A DNA stretch of 64,000 bases from Candidatus Curtissbacteria bacterium (GTDB taxonomy: Bacteria; Patescibacteriota; Microgenomatia; Curtissbacterales; GWA2-41-24), in assembly GCA_016183325.1 (NCBI GenBank), contig JACPEV010000003.1:82000-145999 (forward strand), written 5' to 3'. A program made the translations under genes and the position numbers. The notes under the pieces are model-generated. The model saw nothing but the letters and a program-made list of their open reading frames with translations. It did not search any database and was not told the origin of the DNA. Every line of letters starts with the position of its first letter. Position 1 is the first letter of the stretch. Positions 30,098 to 39,695 of this stretch are shown here, in pieces.

Positions 30098-31093
30098 ATG
30101 AAAAAAGGGTTCGCCCAATTTGTCCCTTTAGTTGCTATTGCCTTTGCCATTTTAATTGGCCTATCCATCATCAGTGCCGACAAAACCACCAACAATCAAG
30201 ACAACATCTTAAGCAGCTCCGATAAAGACAATGGTTCCTCGGGCTCCGGCTCATCTGGCTCGGGTTCGTCTGACTCAGGCTCCTCGGGATCTAGCGACTC
30301 GGATTCATCAGATAACCCATCCACTTCTACCTCCAGTGGTCCTGGCTCAGCCGACACCACCCGAATCGAATCCAATACAGGCGACACCAGAACCAGAATC
30401 GAAACCAGGCCCGGCGAAACCAGAATTGAAACTAGAAACGAACAGGGCCGTTTCGAAACAAGGTTAAAAGACGATAAAGAAGAAACCAAAATCAGAACCG
30501 GTAATTTGAGAATTGAATTGAAAAGAGAAGGCGACAAAATTGTCACCACGGTTAAAAATGAAAACGACGAAGAAGTTGAGCTGGAAGATGAAGAAACAGA
30601 CGAACTTTTAGAGGATGCCTCCGCCAAGCTGGAAGTCGATGGCGTCAAATTTGCCACCGATTCTGGACGTCTGGACATTATTCAAAATGGCCGGCGCGTC
30701 AGAATTAATTTCCCGCTTTCTGTCAATCCGACAACCGGCGAACTTTTTGTCACAACCCCTGCAGGCGAAAAAGTAGTCGCCATCTTGCCGGATACTGCTA
30801 TCCAAAATATGCTCTCGGCCGGTATTTTGACTAGAGTCGAGCCGGAGCCAGAACCCTTACCCTCCCCATCACCGGGTGCCACCGAGTCAGCCACTGTCGT
30901 AGAAACCGGCATTGAGCTCACCCAACTTAACAATCAGCCGGTCTATATCATTAGCGGAATCAAGAATAAAAGCTTCCTAGGACTCGTGCCTGTAGATCTT
31001 AAACTAAAAGTTGTGGTCTCAGCCCAAAACGGCCAAGTTTTACAAACCCGTCAGGGCCTCTTGACAAGACTTCTCGATTTCTTCTCGATTTGA
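30098..31093 (+). CDS. secreted Ser/Gly-rich repeat protein
   Basis: Signal peptide, SSGSGSSGSGSS tract, TRIETR-type repeats. Confidence 0.5.
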   Translation: MKKGFAQFVPLVAIAFAILIGLSIISADKTTNNQDNILSSSDKDNGSSGSGSSGSGSSDSGSSGSSDSDSSDNPSTSTSSGPGSADTTRIESNTGDTRTRIETRPGETRIETRNEQGRFETRLKDDKEETKIRTGNLRIELKREGDKIVTTVKNENDEEVELEDEETDELLEDASAKLEVDGVKFATDSGRLDIIQNGRRVRINFPLSVNPTTGELFVTTPAGEKVVAILPDTAIQNMLSAGILTRVEPEPEPLPSPSPGATESATVVETGIELTQLNNQPVYIISGIKNKSFLGLVPVDLKLKVVVSAQNGQVLQTRQGLLTRLLDFFSI

Positions 31094-31301
31094 CCTTATA
31101 ATTACCAAAATGGCTAAAAATAAAAGCTGCAGGCAATAGCTCCCTAACAATTAAACTTGGGAAGTGGTTCGCCTGAGCTTGCCGTCGATGACTTGACGAA
31201 GGTTTGGGATAAGAGTGAGATTTTGGGCGAATATTGACCTATTTAACACAAGTTTATTCCAAGGGCTTGTGCAATTTATATAGATAAAACTCTTATCGAG
31301 G

Positions 31302-32150
31302 CTAATATTTTGGAGGCCAGAAGACACCTAGAACTAGGAAAGTTGGATTCGGAAATTGTGTTCCCACAATTAAGTAAGAATCCCGCTTTTCGCTCCACAT
31401 TTCATCTAACCACTTTTGTTTTATCTTTTTTAAAACAATATCCATCGAAAATGGTTTTTCTTCCATTAACCTTAAATAAAGCATAAAAATCTCCCAATCA
31501 AATATGGACAACTGATGGCCTTTGCACCTCGAATCATTACAAATAAACTCATATATGAACTTATAAGGAATCTTTTTAAGCGTTTTGGGCTGTTGTCCAA
31601 ATAATACCAATTGGCTTTGAACCCTCTGATGTTTACTGCTCCATTGCGCTGAGTCAGCTTTTATTTTTAAGTCAATAATCTTCTTAGGTTTAAAAATACC
31701 GAGTGAAACTCCGAACTTTTTATAATCATTCGCAATCTCTTCTAAAGAATTGTAATGGATTGTTGGGATGACAATCTCTTTTCTTTGGAGCCAGCTTTTG
31801 TCTTTTTTAGTGTCAAGTGGTTGGCCCTCAGGTTTTATGGATTCCACATCTGGACGATAACTGTCGACTCTAAAATCCTTGAGATTTTTCTCTATTTTTA
31901 CCTTTACCCACTGGTATTTTTTATACCATTTTGGATATTGCATATAGCGGTAGTTGACAGGATATAGTCTGATCCATCTCTCATTTCTGGTGATACCCGC
32001 GGTGCAAACGATTTCCTTATAGGAAGTGGAAGGGCGGGGGTAAGTTTTTACAACTATTAATATTTCTTCTTCGTGGGATTTTAAATCGGGATAACCCGCA
32101 GGTTGTTGTTCAGTTTTAGCAGTTCGCTTGCTATTATCGATCTGTGACAT
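31302..32150 (-). CDS. hypothetical protein (282 aa)
   Basis: ORF; 70-nt out-of-frame overlap with the upstream DUF488 gene. Confidence 0.45.
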   Translation of the reverse strand: MSQIDNSKRTAKTEQQPAGYPDLKSHEEEILIVVKTYPRPSTSYKEIVCTAGITRNERWIRLYPVNYRYMQYPKWYKKYQWVKVKIEKNLKDFRVDSYRPDVESIKPEGQPLDTKKDKSWLQRKEIVIPTIHYNSLEEIANDYKKFGVSLGIFKPKKIIDLKIKADSAQWSSKHQRVQSQLVLFGQQPKTLKKIPYKFIYEFICNDSRCKGHQLSIFDWEIFMLYLRLMEEKPFSMDIVLKKIKQKWLDEMWSEKRDSYLIVGTQFPNPTFLVLGVFWPPKY

Positions 32151-32518
32151 AATTCACAAAATTTTTCGTAACACATAATAGCAGGATGTTTCCATTTTTC
32201 TATTGAGTCTAAAACACTCTGAATTTCATGTGCGTTTTCATTAGCATATTTTCTATACTCAGAAAAGAATTTAACATAATCTCCGTTCTTGTATAATTCT
32301 TTTCTTATTACACTAGGACTGCCGAGTTTTGGATAGTGAAGATAAGAGACTCCATTTGACTCAAGCAATTTTTGTAAGTGTTGTTTAGAAAAACCATTCT
32401 TTCGGCTCAATGGAATTTCCCGAACATCAACAATTAAATCAATTTTCGCTTTAATTATCTTTGAAAGAAATTCTTCAATTGTTTCTTTTTCATAACCCGT
32501 GAGAAATAGTATGGGCAT
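32081..32518 (-). CDS. DUF488-family protein
   Basis: Matches the DUF488 pattern (LFTIGYE…VDVR…SRK.GFSK). Confidence 0.65.
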   Translation of the reverse strand: MPILFLTGYEKETIEEFLSKIIKAKIDLIVDVREIPLSRKNGFSKQHLQKLLESNGVSYLHYPKLGSPSVIRKELYKNGDYVKFFSEYRKYANENAHEIQSVLDSIEKWKHPAIMCYEKFCELCHRSIIASELLKLNNNLRVIPI

Positions 32519-32618
32519 ATGTGTATCATAACACTAAATCGTCCCAGAAAATTTTGACTTCTAAATTCCGAGCATTTATTTTTATCCTCATATTCTTGCT
32601 TGTGATAGACTTTCATTT

Positions 32619-32897
32619 ATGAAAATATTTCAAGAACCTGACAAAAGACTTCATCTGGTAAGTTCAACGGTAAAGAATTTTGATGAAGCTAAAAAAATAA
32701 CCCAAGAGCTCGTTGAGGTGACAAGAGGTTTGGATAGACCTTATAAACTCTGGATTGGGATGGCTGCTGTCCAAATTGGGTACAAAAAGAGAATAATTTT
32801 GTACAAGAAGGGTATCCTCAGGCTACGCCTTCGGCGAGTACGTAATTATTCAATTCACCCACGGGTAAAAACCCGTGGTACTCTTGAACAATTATAG
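32619..32897 (+). pseudogene. def: peptide deformylase N-terminal fragment (truncated def)
   Basis: First ~65 aa align to the PDF N-terminus including G(M/L)AAVQ(I/V)G motif 1; the EGCLS and HExxH motifs are absent. Confidence 0.55.
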
Positions 32898-33006
32898 ACC
32901 ATATTGATGGAATACTAATATCAGATATAGGGAAAAAGGTTTTTTAGAGTTCGAAAATCGGCCCCAAATTGATTTTTCCCATTAATCTTTCTGCTAGAAT
33001 GGCTTC

Positions 33007-33291
33007 GTGGATAAAAGGCAATTGGAAAACTTGGTAAGAAAGGAGATTACTGAAGCTGATCCTATTGGACTAATTTCGATGGGAGCGCCAAAGGATGAGT
33101 ATGACACAGAGGTGAAGGAAATTATCGCGAGGATAGACACCTGTAAGAGTACGACAGATCTGCAGGAATTAATCTACGGTATTTTTGTCAAAATGTTCGA
33201 TGAAAAGATCGCAGGACGGAGAGAAACATATCAAAACTTGGCCGGCAGAATATTTAGTAGTCTAAAAACTAATTCGACTTGGACCCATTGA
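33007..33291 (+). CDS. hypothetical protein
   Basis: ORF only. Confidence 0.4.
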   Translation: MDKRQLENLVRKEITEADPIGLISMGAPKDEYDTEVKEIIARIDTCKSTTDLQELIYGIFVKMFDEKIAGRRETYQNLAGRIFSSLKTNSTWTH

Positions 33292-33321
33292 TTTTTGTGT
33301 TACAATGTACTACAATTTATA

Positions 33322-33648
33322 ATGTCAAAATCAAGTGTCGCAAAAATTGATATTAATGTTGACACTTTGATTGTTGAAGAAGACAGGCTAGGGCATATTG
33401 CAAAGCATGGGGTGACTTTAAAGGAAATTTTAGAAATTATTTCGCAAGATTACATTTATATCGAAGGTAAACACGGACGTTGGTTATTGATAGGCAAGAC
33501 GAAAATGGGGCGTTTCCTAACAGTTGTTGTTGGCTCACGTCCAGAGAAAAACACACGTGGTTTAGTAACTGCGAGACCATCAAGCAGAGAAGAGAGAAGC
33601 TTTTATAAGGAGTTTACTTTACAATATGAGTATGACAAAATCAATTAA
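33322..33648 (+). CDS. brnT: BrnT-family (DUF497) toxin
   Basis: AKHGVTLKEI… and a C-terminus matching the BrnT pattern. Confidence 0.65.
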   Translation: MSKSSVAKIDINVDTLIVEEDRLGHIAKHGVTLKEILEIISQDYIYIEGKHGRWLLIGKTKMGRFLTVVVGSRPEKNTRGLVTARPSSREERSFYKEFTLQYEYDKIN

Positions 33649-33928
33649 AGTTAAAAATATTAAAAATGGTGGAATCAAACCAATTTCACCATTTAAAACT
33701 TTGGAGGAGGAAGCTAATTTTTGGGACACCCATTCGGCGGTTGATCAGATTAACAAGGGTACTTTAGTCGGTTTCCATCAAGCTAATAAGACTAAAACTT
33801 TAACTATTCGTGTCCAACCCGAGGATTTGCAATCTTTACGCGAATTGGCTTTCAAGCAAGGTATTGGTCCAACTACGCTCGCTCGTATGTGGTTACTTGA
33901 AAAACTCCACGAATCCAAAACGAAATAA
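33626..33928 (+). CDS. brnA: BrnA antitoxin
   Basis: EEEANFWDTHSAVD hallmark plus a C-terminal RHH. Confidence 0.75.
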   Translation: MSMTKSIKVKNIKNGGIKPISPFKTLEEEANFWDTHSAVDQINKGTLVGFHQANKTKTLTIRVQPEDLQSLRELAFKQGIGPTTLARMWLLEKLHESKTK

Positions 33929-33970
33929 GTTGGAAAATCGTCCCGAGTTTTTCTGATATAATTTCCTCTT

Positions 33971-34081
33971 ATGATTAAAAGGAAATCTACATGTGGTTTA
34001 TGTAAACCTCACAAAAAGTGGAAGAGAAATGATACTAAAGAAAAACAACGTATTGCCTTGGAGATCAAAGGAGAAATTTAG
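33971..34081 (+). CDS. 36-aa basic CxxC mini-protein (possibly leaderless)
   Basis: ATG 33971 is preceded at -11 by ctgaTATAAT; below the ORF-track length cutoff. Confidence 0.25.
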   Translation: MIKRKSTCGLCKPHKKWKRNDTKEKQRIALEIKGEI

Positions 34082-34125
34082 TTTGACGATTATTGTATAA
34101 TCTTGTAACCTAAAAGAAGGTTTAA

Positions 34126-34317
34126 ATGTCTAAAGTTGATCTGAGAAAGATTCTAAAAAAACATAAATCAGGATGGTTGGCATTAACTGCGGACAACAAG
34201 AAAGAAGTGGCTTCCGCAAAGACTCTGCGAGAGGTGCTTTCTCGCGCAAGGGCGAAAGGTGTTGAGAGGCCAAGCGTTTTAAAGGTGCCTAAATTGGATT
34301 CTTACTATGTCGGTTAA
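34126..34317 (+). CDS. small DUF5678-like protein
   Basis: Good SD (aagaagg); 63 aa; stop overlaps the next start (TAATG). Confidence 0.45.
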   Translation: MSKVDLRKILKKHKSGWLALTADNKKEVASAKTLREVLSRARAKGVERPSVLKVPKLDSYYVG

Positions 34318-34772
34318 TGGATTTTGATTATGCATTAGTTACCGACTGGCCCAGACATAAACCCCGCCAGCGTTATCTTCCCTGGATAAATATAGGTATT
34401 AGAAAGATTGGGAAAGAAAAAACTATTTGGCCATTAGGACTAGTTGATTCCGGGGCCGATCTAACTATAGTTGATAGAGAAATTGGTGACGAGCTGGGTT
34501 TCGATTTCAAAAAGGCTAGAAAAAATTTTATTACCGGTTTTGGTGGAGCTAAAGTAGAAGTTTTATTGACAGAGGCAGAATATGTTATTGATGACAATAA
34601 AGGCAAACGTCCAATAATTTATCGTGATCTCATTGGATTTACAAAAGGTCAATTTCCTCTCTCACATCCGCAACAAACTGCTATATTTGGAACTATTGGT
34701 TTATTTAGGAATGTTCACGTAGAGTTTGATTTCCCAAGAAATATCCATATAGAAAAATTCAGAATTAGATAA
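34317..34772 (+). CDS. retropepsin-like aspartic protease
   Basis: Active-site LVDSGADLTIV (D-S/T-G-A). Confidence 0.7.
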   Translation: MDFDYALVTDWPRHKPRQRYLPWINIGIRKIGKEKTIWPLGLVDSGADLTIVDREIGDELGFDFKKARKNFITGFGGAKVEVLLTEAEYVIDDNKGKRPIIYRDLIGFTKGQFPLSHPQQTAIFGTIGLFRNVHVEFDFPRNIHIEKFRIR

Positions 34773-34801
34773 AAATTAGTTCGAAAATCGTCCCGACTGA
34801 T

Positions 34802-35278
34802 TTATTGTTGAAATGTAATTAAAATGCTGTCTTCATCCTCAATTTTTTTATCCAACAGATCAGGTTCTTCCCGGCCATTTAAATAAAACTTTAGAGAGCT
34901 GCTGGAACCATTGCAAAAAGTTTCTCCGTCACCGGTTGTAAGACAATCTTTGGTTAACTTCATCGGAAGAGTTTTAAAAAAATCGTCCCAGGTGATTCCA
35001 TCTTTTTTGACATGAACTATTGTTGGACTATCAGCCGAAAGATAAACATCGGGTGATCTTTGGTGATATTTGGGACTTTTAAAATTTCTGATTATTCCAT
35101 TTGTGTTGATTTGAAACGAGGCCTCAATATTGACCTCTTGAATTTCGGGCGATGAAGAAGGCGAAAATGCAAGAATTGGAGATGATGATGGTGCTAACGG
35201 ATTGGGAGTTGTTCTTAAGAAAAGTATTGAGCCGACAGAAAGAAGTATTATTGCAATTGTAAAAAAAATAGCTCGCAC
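34802..35278 (-). CDS. secreted hypothetical protein
   Basis: Signal peptide. Confidence 0.45.
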   Translation of the reverse strand: MRAIFFTIAIILLSVGSILFLRTTPNPLAPSSSPILAFSPSSSPEIQEVNIEASFQINTNGIIRNFKSPKYHQRSPDVYLSADSPTIVHVKKDGITWDDFFKTLPMKLTKDCLTTGDGETFCNGSSSSLKFYLNGREEPDLLDKKIEDEDSILITFQQ

Positions 35279-35348
35279 TTTTTAATTCTACAGTAGTAAA
35301 GGGAGATAGCAATAGACTCTAATATTGTCTTTGATGTAAAATACACAT

Positions 35349-36083
35349 ATGGCTCAAAGTTTCAAATTTCAAAAGGGCACCGCGTGGCTCTGGCCACTTG
35401 TCGTTTTGATAATTACATTCGGCGCTTTTTACTTTAAACCCTGGCAGACAAAACCGACAGAAACCATCTCTGTTTCCGCAACTGGCAAAGCCCAAGTTAC
35501 TCCAAATGTTGCCACAATTACCGCAACCATTGAATCTAAAAATCCAAATCTAGAACAAGCCAGAAAAGAAAACGAGCTAAAGGTCAGCATGCTAATCTCC
35601 GCTCTCAAAAATCTCGGCGTTGAGGAAAAAGACATCAAAACTCAGCATATTTCAGGCGGCCCCGGCTATGAAATTATGATCTATCCCCCAAGAAAACCAA
35701 CCACCAACCAATTCACCACAAGTCTTGAAGTCAAAATCAGAAACTTTGAAAATACCGATGAGATTATTGCAGCAATGACCCAAAATGGAGCCACCAATCT
35801 TTATGGTCCCAATTTAACTGTTGATGAAGCACTTCAGGAAGAAGGCAAATCCAAGGCTCGCGAAAACGCTGTCAATGAAGCTCGCAAAAAGGGTGAACAA
35901 CTGGCCAAACTTTCCGGCAGGAAACTTGGTAAAGCGGTCAAAATCTCAGAGCAAGGTGATTATGGTTTCCCTATCCCCATCTACGCCCAATCTGAAGCTG
36001 ATCTTCGCCAAAAAGCCAACCAAATCCAACCCGGTCAAAACGATGTCACCATTACCCTCCAAGTCGACTTCGAACTCAAGTAG
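35349..36083 (+). CDS. SIMPL-domain (DUF541/YggE-like) protein
   Basis: Length and sequence pattern. Confidence 0.7.
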   Translation: MAQSFKFQKGTAWLWPLVVLIITFGAFYFKPWQTKPTETISVSATGKAQVTPNVATITATIESKNPNLEQARKENELKVSMLISALKNLGVEEKDIKTQHISGGPGYEIMIYPPRKPTTNQFTTSLEVKIRNFENTDEIIAAMTQNGATNLYGPNLTVDEALQEEGKSKARENAVNEARKKGEQLAKLSGRKLGKAVKISEQGDYGFPIPIYAQSEADLRQKANQIQPGQNDVTITLQVDFELK

Positions 36084-36169
36084 CACTAATTTTCAATTTT
36101 TAATTTAAAATTTTTATTGAATTTTTATTTTTTTTAAAATTTTAAATATTTTAAATTTGATTTCAAATT

Positions 36170-38794
36170 TCAAATTGTAAATTTCAAATTCCTGCCAAAT
36201 ATCACCAGACCTATGAATCCCAAACTTATTAAGCTTATCAACAACCCTGCTTTAAAAGTATCCGGATCATAATAAAACCTCACCTCATGCTCTCCGCGAG
36301 TTAGAGGTACCGCCCGAAACGTATAATTTGCCCGCAAAATCTCAGTCTCTTCTCCATCAACTTCCGCCTTCCAGCCAAGGTAATAATTATCTGAAATAAA
36401 AAGCAACTTTGGCTGTAAAGATCTAGTTTTAACAATCACCTCTTGTGATTTATAACTAACAACTTCGACCTCACCTTCTCCAAATTGCGGCGAAATCGGC
36501 GAAGGCTTTTCCAAAATCAAAGAATTGCGAAAATCAAAATCGCTGGATAATAATTTTTGAAAGATCAACTTCCTCCTTCGCCTGTCAATCTCACGAGTCG
36601 TCAAATTAGTCACATCAGCTAAGTTAGGAGGTCCCTCATAACTAGAGGCTAAAAAAATCCTCGCCAGCACCTGGGGATTTTCAAAAACTCCATAGTCTTT
36701 GTGTTCAAATGCTTTCTTAAAATTATTTGCCTCCATCACTTCAAAATCACCGCTTTTGGCAACAACATATTTGATCCCGAGCATATTAAGGAGTCTTCTC
36801 CTGTTTTGATTCTCAATCAGAAATTTCGCATCTCCTACTGCCCCAAGTCCCGCGTCCGATCTCAGATAAAAATCTTCTATGTTGTTACCCTGCATCGCGT
36901 AGGTAAACTCTCCGTAAGAACGGTTATTCAAAGAATCATAACCTTCTGGCCAGAAAAGAGAATATTGGCTAGCAAAATTATTGCCCAAAGCCGCCTCACC
37001 CACCCCCCAGGACCTAGAATACCCCTGGTTATTTTTAAGAAAATCTAAAATCGGAGTTGGCGGAAAAACATACTTTGCTTCCGAAAACGAGAAATATTTC
37101 TGAGAAAAATAAAAAATATGCAAAAAGGCTATCCCCATGATCAAAACTGCAGCTATTTCCCTTCTTAACCAGTGACCAACAGTGCTTGCAATAATCATCA
37201 AAACAGTGGTTGCAAAAACCGCAACCGGCACGACCAAATTCCTAAGCGAAATCACAGCCGTCTCCTTGGGACTAAATTTCAGAAACTCAATATAGGGGAA
37301 ATTGAAAAATCTAACCAAAAGCAGATAAAAAGCTATCAATAAATACGAAAGGCCGAAGGCCAAAATTATTTTAAAAATTTTTCTGTCTCTCCGCAGCAAC
37401 CACTGATCAAACCCAATCGCTCCTAAAACAGCAATACAAAAGGCTGGAATAAACAATATCCTGTTGGCAATAGAAGTTGATAAAAACGGAACCGGCAGTG
37501 AAAGAAAAAGTTTTGACGTTGGCAAGTCTAAGGTAGTTGAAAGTGCAACCATCCCAAAAATCGCCAAAAATATTACAAGTTTATTATCACCTCCGAGGTG
37601 AAAAGTTCTCACACCTCGGAGGTGTAAACCTGTATAGAAAACAGCAAACGTCGCAAAGATCACTGCAGCAACGCCGACAAACATAATCCCTTCGTAATAT
37701 TGCGCTGCCCCACCTCTGAAAAAATTATGAGTAGCCGGATGACCAAAAATGTCTGGCGCCAAAAAGGTCACTATTGATTGAATTGGCAGCAAAAAGCTAA
37801 ATAAAGTCTCGGAAAGAGCAATCGTCGATCTCCCCGAATTAAAATAAAGCTCGGCAGAAGGCAAAAGCTGCACCGCCGCAATTCCCGCTCCTATCAATAT
37901 CCCAAGCCCGGCTTGGAATAGCTTTTGTATCACACCTCCGAGGTGAGCTCGCTTGCCCTGAGCAAACCCGTACTGAGCGTAGTCGAAGCAGTCGAAGGGG
38001 GCTCCTCGGAGGTGGACTATCTGCCAAATTCTAAAAATTAAATAAGCGGCACTGAAAATCAATAGATAGATTGTAGTCTGCATATAGCCCCCTAAGAGCG
38101 AAGCACCGACCCCAAGAGAGATTAAAGCTAAATACTGCCTCCTGTCTGTAGCTAAAAACTTATCAATCGCCCACAAAATTAACGGTAACCAGACAACCGA
38201 ATGAGGCGACATCACTACTTCCTCTCCCCACGTCAAAATAAAAGGGCTAAATCCAAAAGTTATAGCTCCAAAAATGCTTGCCAGCATCGATAGTTTCCCG
38301 TCACTTTTCTTCTTAATCGTCATTCTGGCTTGTCCAGAATCTTTCTTCATTGCGGATTCTGGAGTCGTTTCACTCCCCAGAATGACGTTATTCGATAGGT
38401 TTCTAAGAAACAAATACATAAAAAACGCCCCCAGAATTGTCGGCGTAATTCGCAGTAGATGCCAAAACTCAACCTGCGACATAAAAAATCCCAAAATATT
38501 CAAAGGATAAAAAACTGCAGTCTGAAAATCGGCCATATGAGGGTGTCCCGAAAAGGCAAAGGGATTCCAAAATGGAACGCTACCTGATCGAAAAGCATCA
38601 AGGGTTACCTTGTAAAATGGCAAGTAAATCCGAAGTTGATCCCAACCGGTATTTTTGTAGGGCAGATTCTCTCCATATGGGGCATAAAAACTCACCAACA
38701 AATGTCCATTCAAATTAACCTTCGAAAGAAATATCGGCCAAAAAAGAATCAGAGAAAGAAATGTCAATAAAAGGAGGATTTTGAGCTTCACCAC
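36170..38794 (-). CDS. YfhO-family membrane glycosyltransferase with two in-frame repeat-element insertions
   Basis: N-terminal YfhO region (…FWNPFAFSGHPHMADFQTAVFYP…); insertions at 37587-37623 and 37933-38014. Confidence 0.75.
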   Translation of the reverse strand: MVKLKILLLLTFLSLILFWPIFLSKVNLNGHLLVSFYAPYGENLPYKNTGWDQLRIYLPFYKVTLDAFRSGSVPFWNPFAFSGHPHMADFQTAVFYPLNILGFFMSQVEFWHLLRITPTILGAFFMYLFLRNLSNNVILGSETTPESAMKKDSGQARMTIKKKSDGKLSMLASIFGAITFGFSPFILTWGEEVVMSPHSVVWLPLILWAIDKFLATDRRQYLALISLGVGASLLGGYMQTTIYLLIFSAAYLIFRIWQIVHLRGAPFDCFDYAQYGFAQGKRAHLGGVIQKLFQAGLGILIGAGIAAVQLLPSAELYFNSGRSTIALSETLFSFLLPIQSIVTFLAPDIFGHPATHNFFRGGAAQYYEGIMFVGVAAVIFATFAVFYTGLHLRGVRTFHLGGDNKLVIFLAIFGMVALSTTLDLPTSKLFLSLPVPFLSTSIANRILFIPAFCIAVLGAIGFDQWLLRRDRKIFKIILAFGLSYLLIAFYLLLVRFFNFPYIEFLKFSPKETAVISLRNLVVPVAVFATTVLMIIASTVGHWLRREIAAVLIMGIAFLHIFYFSQKYFSFSEAKYVFPPTPILDFLKNNQGYSRSWGVGEAALGNNFASQYSLFWPEGYDSLNNRSYGEFTYAMQGNNIEDFYLRSDAGLGAVGDAKFLIENQNRRRLLNMLGIKYVVAKSGDFEVMEANNFKKAFEHKDYGVFENPQVLARIFLASSYEGPPNLADVTNLTTREIDRRRRKLIFQKLLSSDFDFRNSLILEKPSPISPQFGEGEVEVVSYKSQEVIVKTRSLQPKLLFISDNYYLGWKAEVDGEETEILRANYTFRAVPLTRGEHEVRFYYDPDTFKAGLLISLISLGFIGLVIFGRNLKFTI
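37587..37623. repeat. 37-bp short palindromic element (copy of 9673-9709)
   Basis: cacctccgaggtgaaaagttctcacacctcggaggtg. Confidence 0.85.
37933..38014. repeat. 82-bp element, exact reverse complement of 9391-9472
   Basis: Direct comparison. Confidence 0.9.
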
Positions 38795-38891
38795 GCCAAA
38801 TTATCCAATTTCCTATACTAAATTTCAATCAAGGCCAATTATCAAAATCTTCATGCCTTAAGTGCAACAAAACAGCTAATATGTTTTATGC

Positions 38892-39116
38892 TTATTTCAA
38901 CTCTTCAAGCTCTTCATCAGTCAACTTGGCTTGATTAATTATCTTCCTTAAAGTCCCAACAGGAATAGGCCCAGGGTGAACTGCTACCTGAGTCCATCTA
39001 CCATCAAGATGAGTAAGTCTGACATGACTCCCTCTACCTTTAGTCTCTACAAATCCAATTTTTGTAAGAAATCTTATTAATTGTTTTGCTTTTACATTGC
39101 GCCGCAGCTTACTCAT
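38892..39116 (-). CDS. hicA: HicA mRNA-interferase toxin
   Basis: YcfA/HicA pattern (KxxIRFL…GSHVRLTH). Confidence 0.8.
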   Translation of the reverse strand: MSKLRRNVKAKQLIRFLTKIGFVETKGRGSHVRLTHLDGRWTQVAVHPGPIPVGTLRKIINQAKLTDEELEELK

Positions 39117-39394
39117 GCAAAAGTAAGCCTGGCACCAGCTGGAGCTTTAACTTGTGCAGTAGTCACTATACCCTTTTTGAGATTATCGACTGGGACTTCT
39201 TTACCTTCTTCCACTAAAGACTCGACTGCCAACTCAATACCGTCTTTTATGCTTTTTAAAACTTCCTCGACAGAGTTTCCCCAGTCGGCAACACCCAAAG
39301 TCGGGCAATAGGCATTGTAGACCGTCCTTTTGCCCTGCTTTTCCGGCTCAATAATAATGCGATAATTTAAAACTTGCGTTTGCATGGCAAACAT
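39113..39394 (-). CDS. hicB: HicB antitoxin
   Basis: HicB/UPF0150 N-terminus; 4-bp overlap with hicA. Confidence 0.75.
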   Translation of the reverse strand: MFAMQTQVLNYRIIIEPEKQGKRTVYNAYCPTLGVADWGNSVEEVLKSIKDGIELAVESLVEEGKEVPVDNLKKGIVTTAQVKAPAGARLTFA

Positions 39395-39695
39395 ATTTTA
39401 GCACATGCTGCCTAAAAGAGCGTATAAATAAACGGAGCAACGCCGCTAGCTTGGGCAAAAATTAAAAGCAGGCCAAACACTAAAAGCACCACCACAAATG
39501 GGATCAAAAACCACAGCTTCGCTTTCCACAAAAATTCCAAGAGCTCTCCAGCTTCTCCGCTTCTTGAAAAAAATGATTTAAGAAATCTCATTTTTAAATT
39601 GATCTAATTAACCTAATTGCTCTAATTGGTCTAAATAATTTAGAAATTTGAAAATTTTGAAATTAATTAGAAATTAGAAATTAAAAATTAGAAAT

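Noticed and set aside
30196-30933. Antisense ORFs opposite the Ser/Gly-rich secreted protein
   Set aside because: They are low-complexity mirror frames of the SSGSGS tract.
32947-34800. Integron-like attC sites separating the small cassettes
   Set aside because: The recurring motif GTTCGAAAATCG(G/T)CCCGA is only ~18 bp and lacks the imperfect-palindrome structure of attC sites. No intI gene is present in the window.
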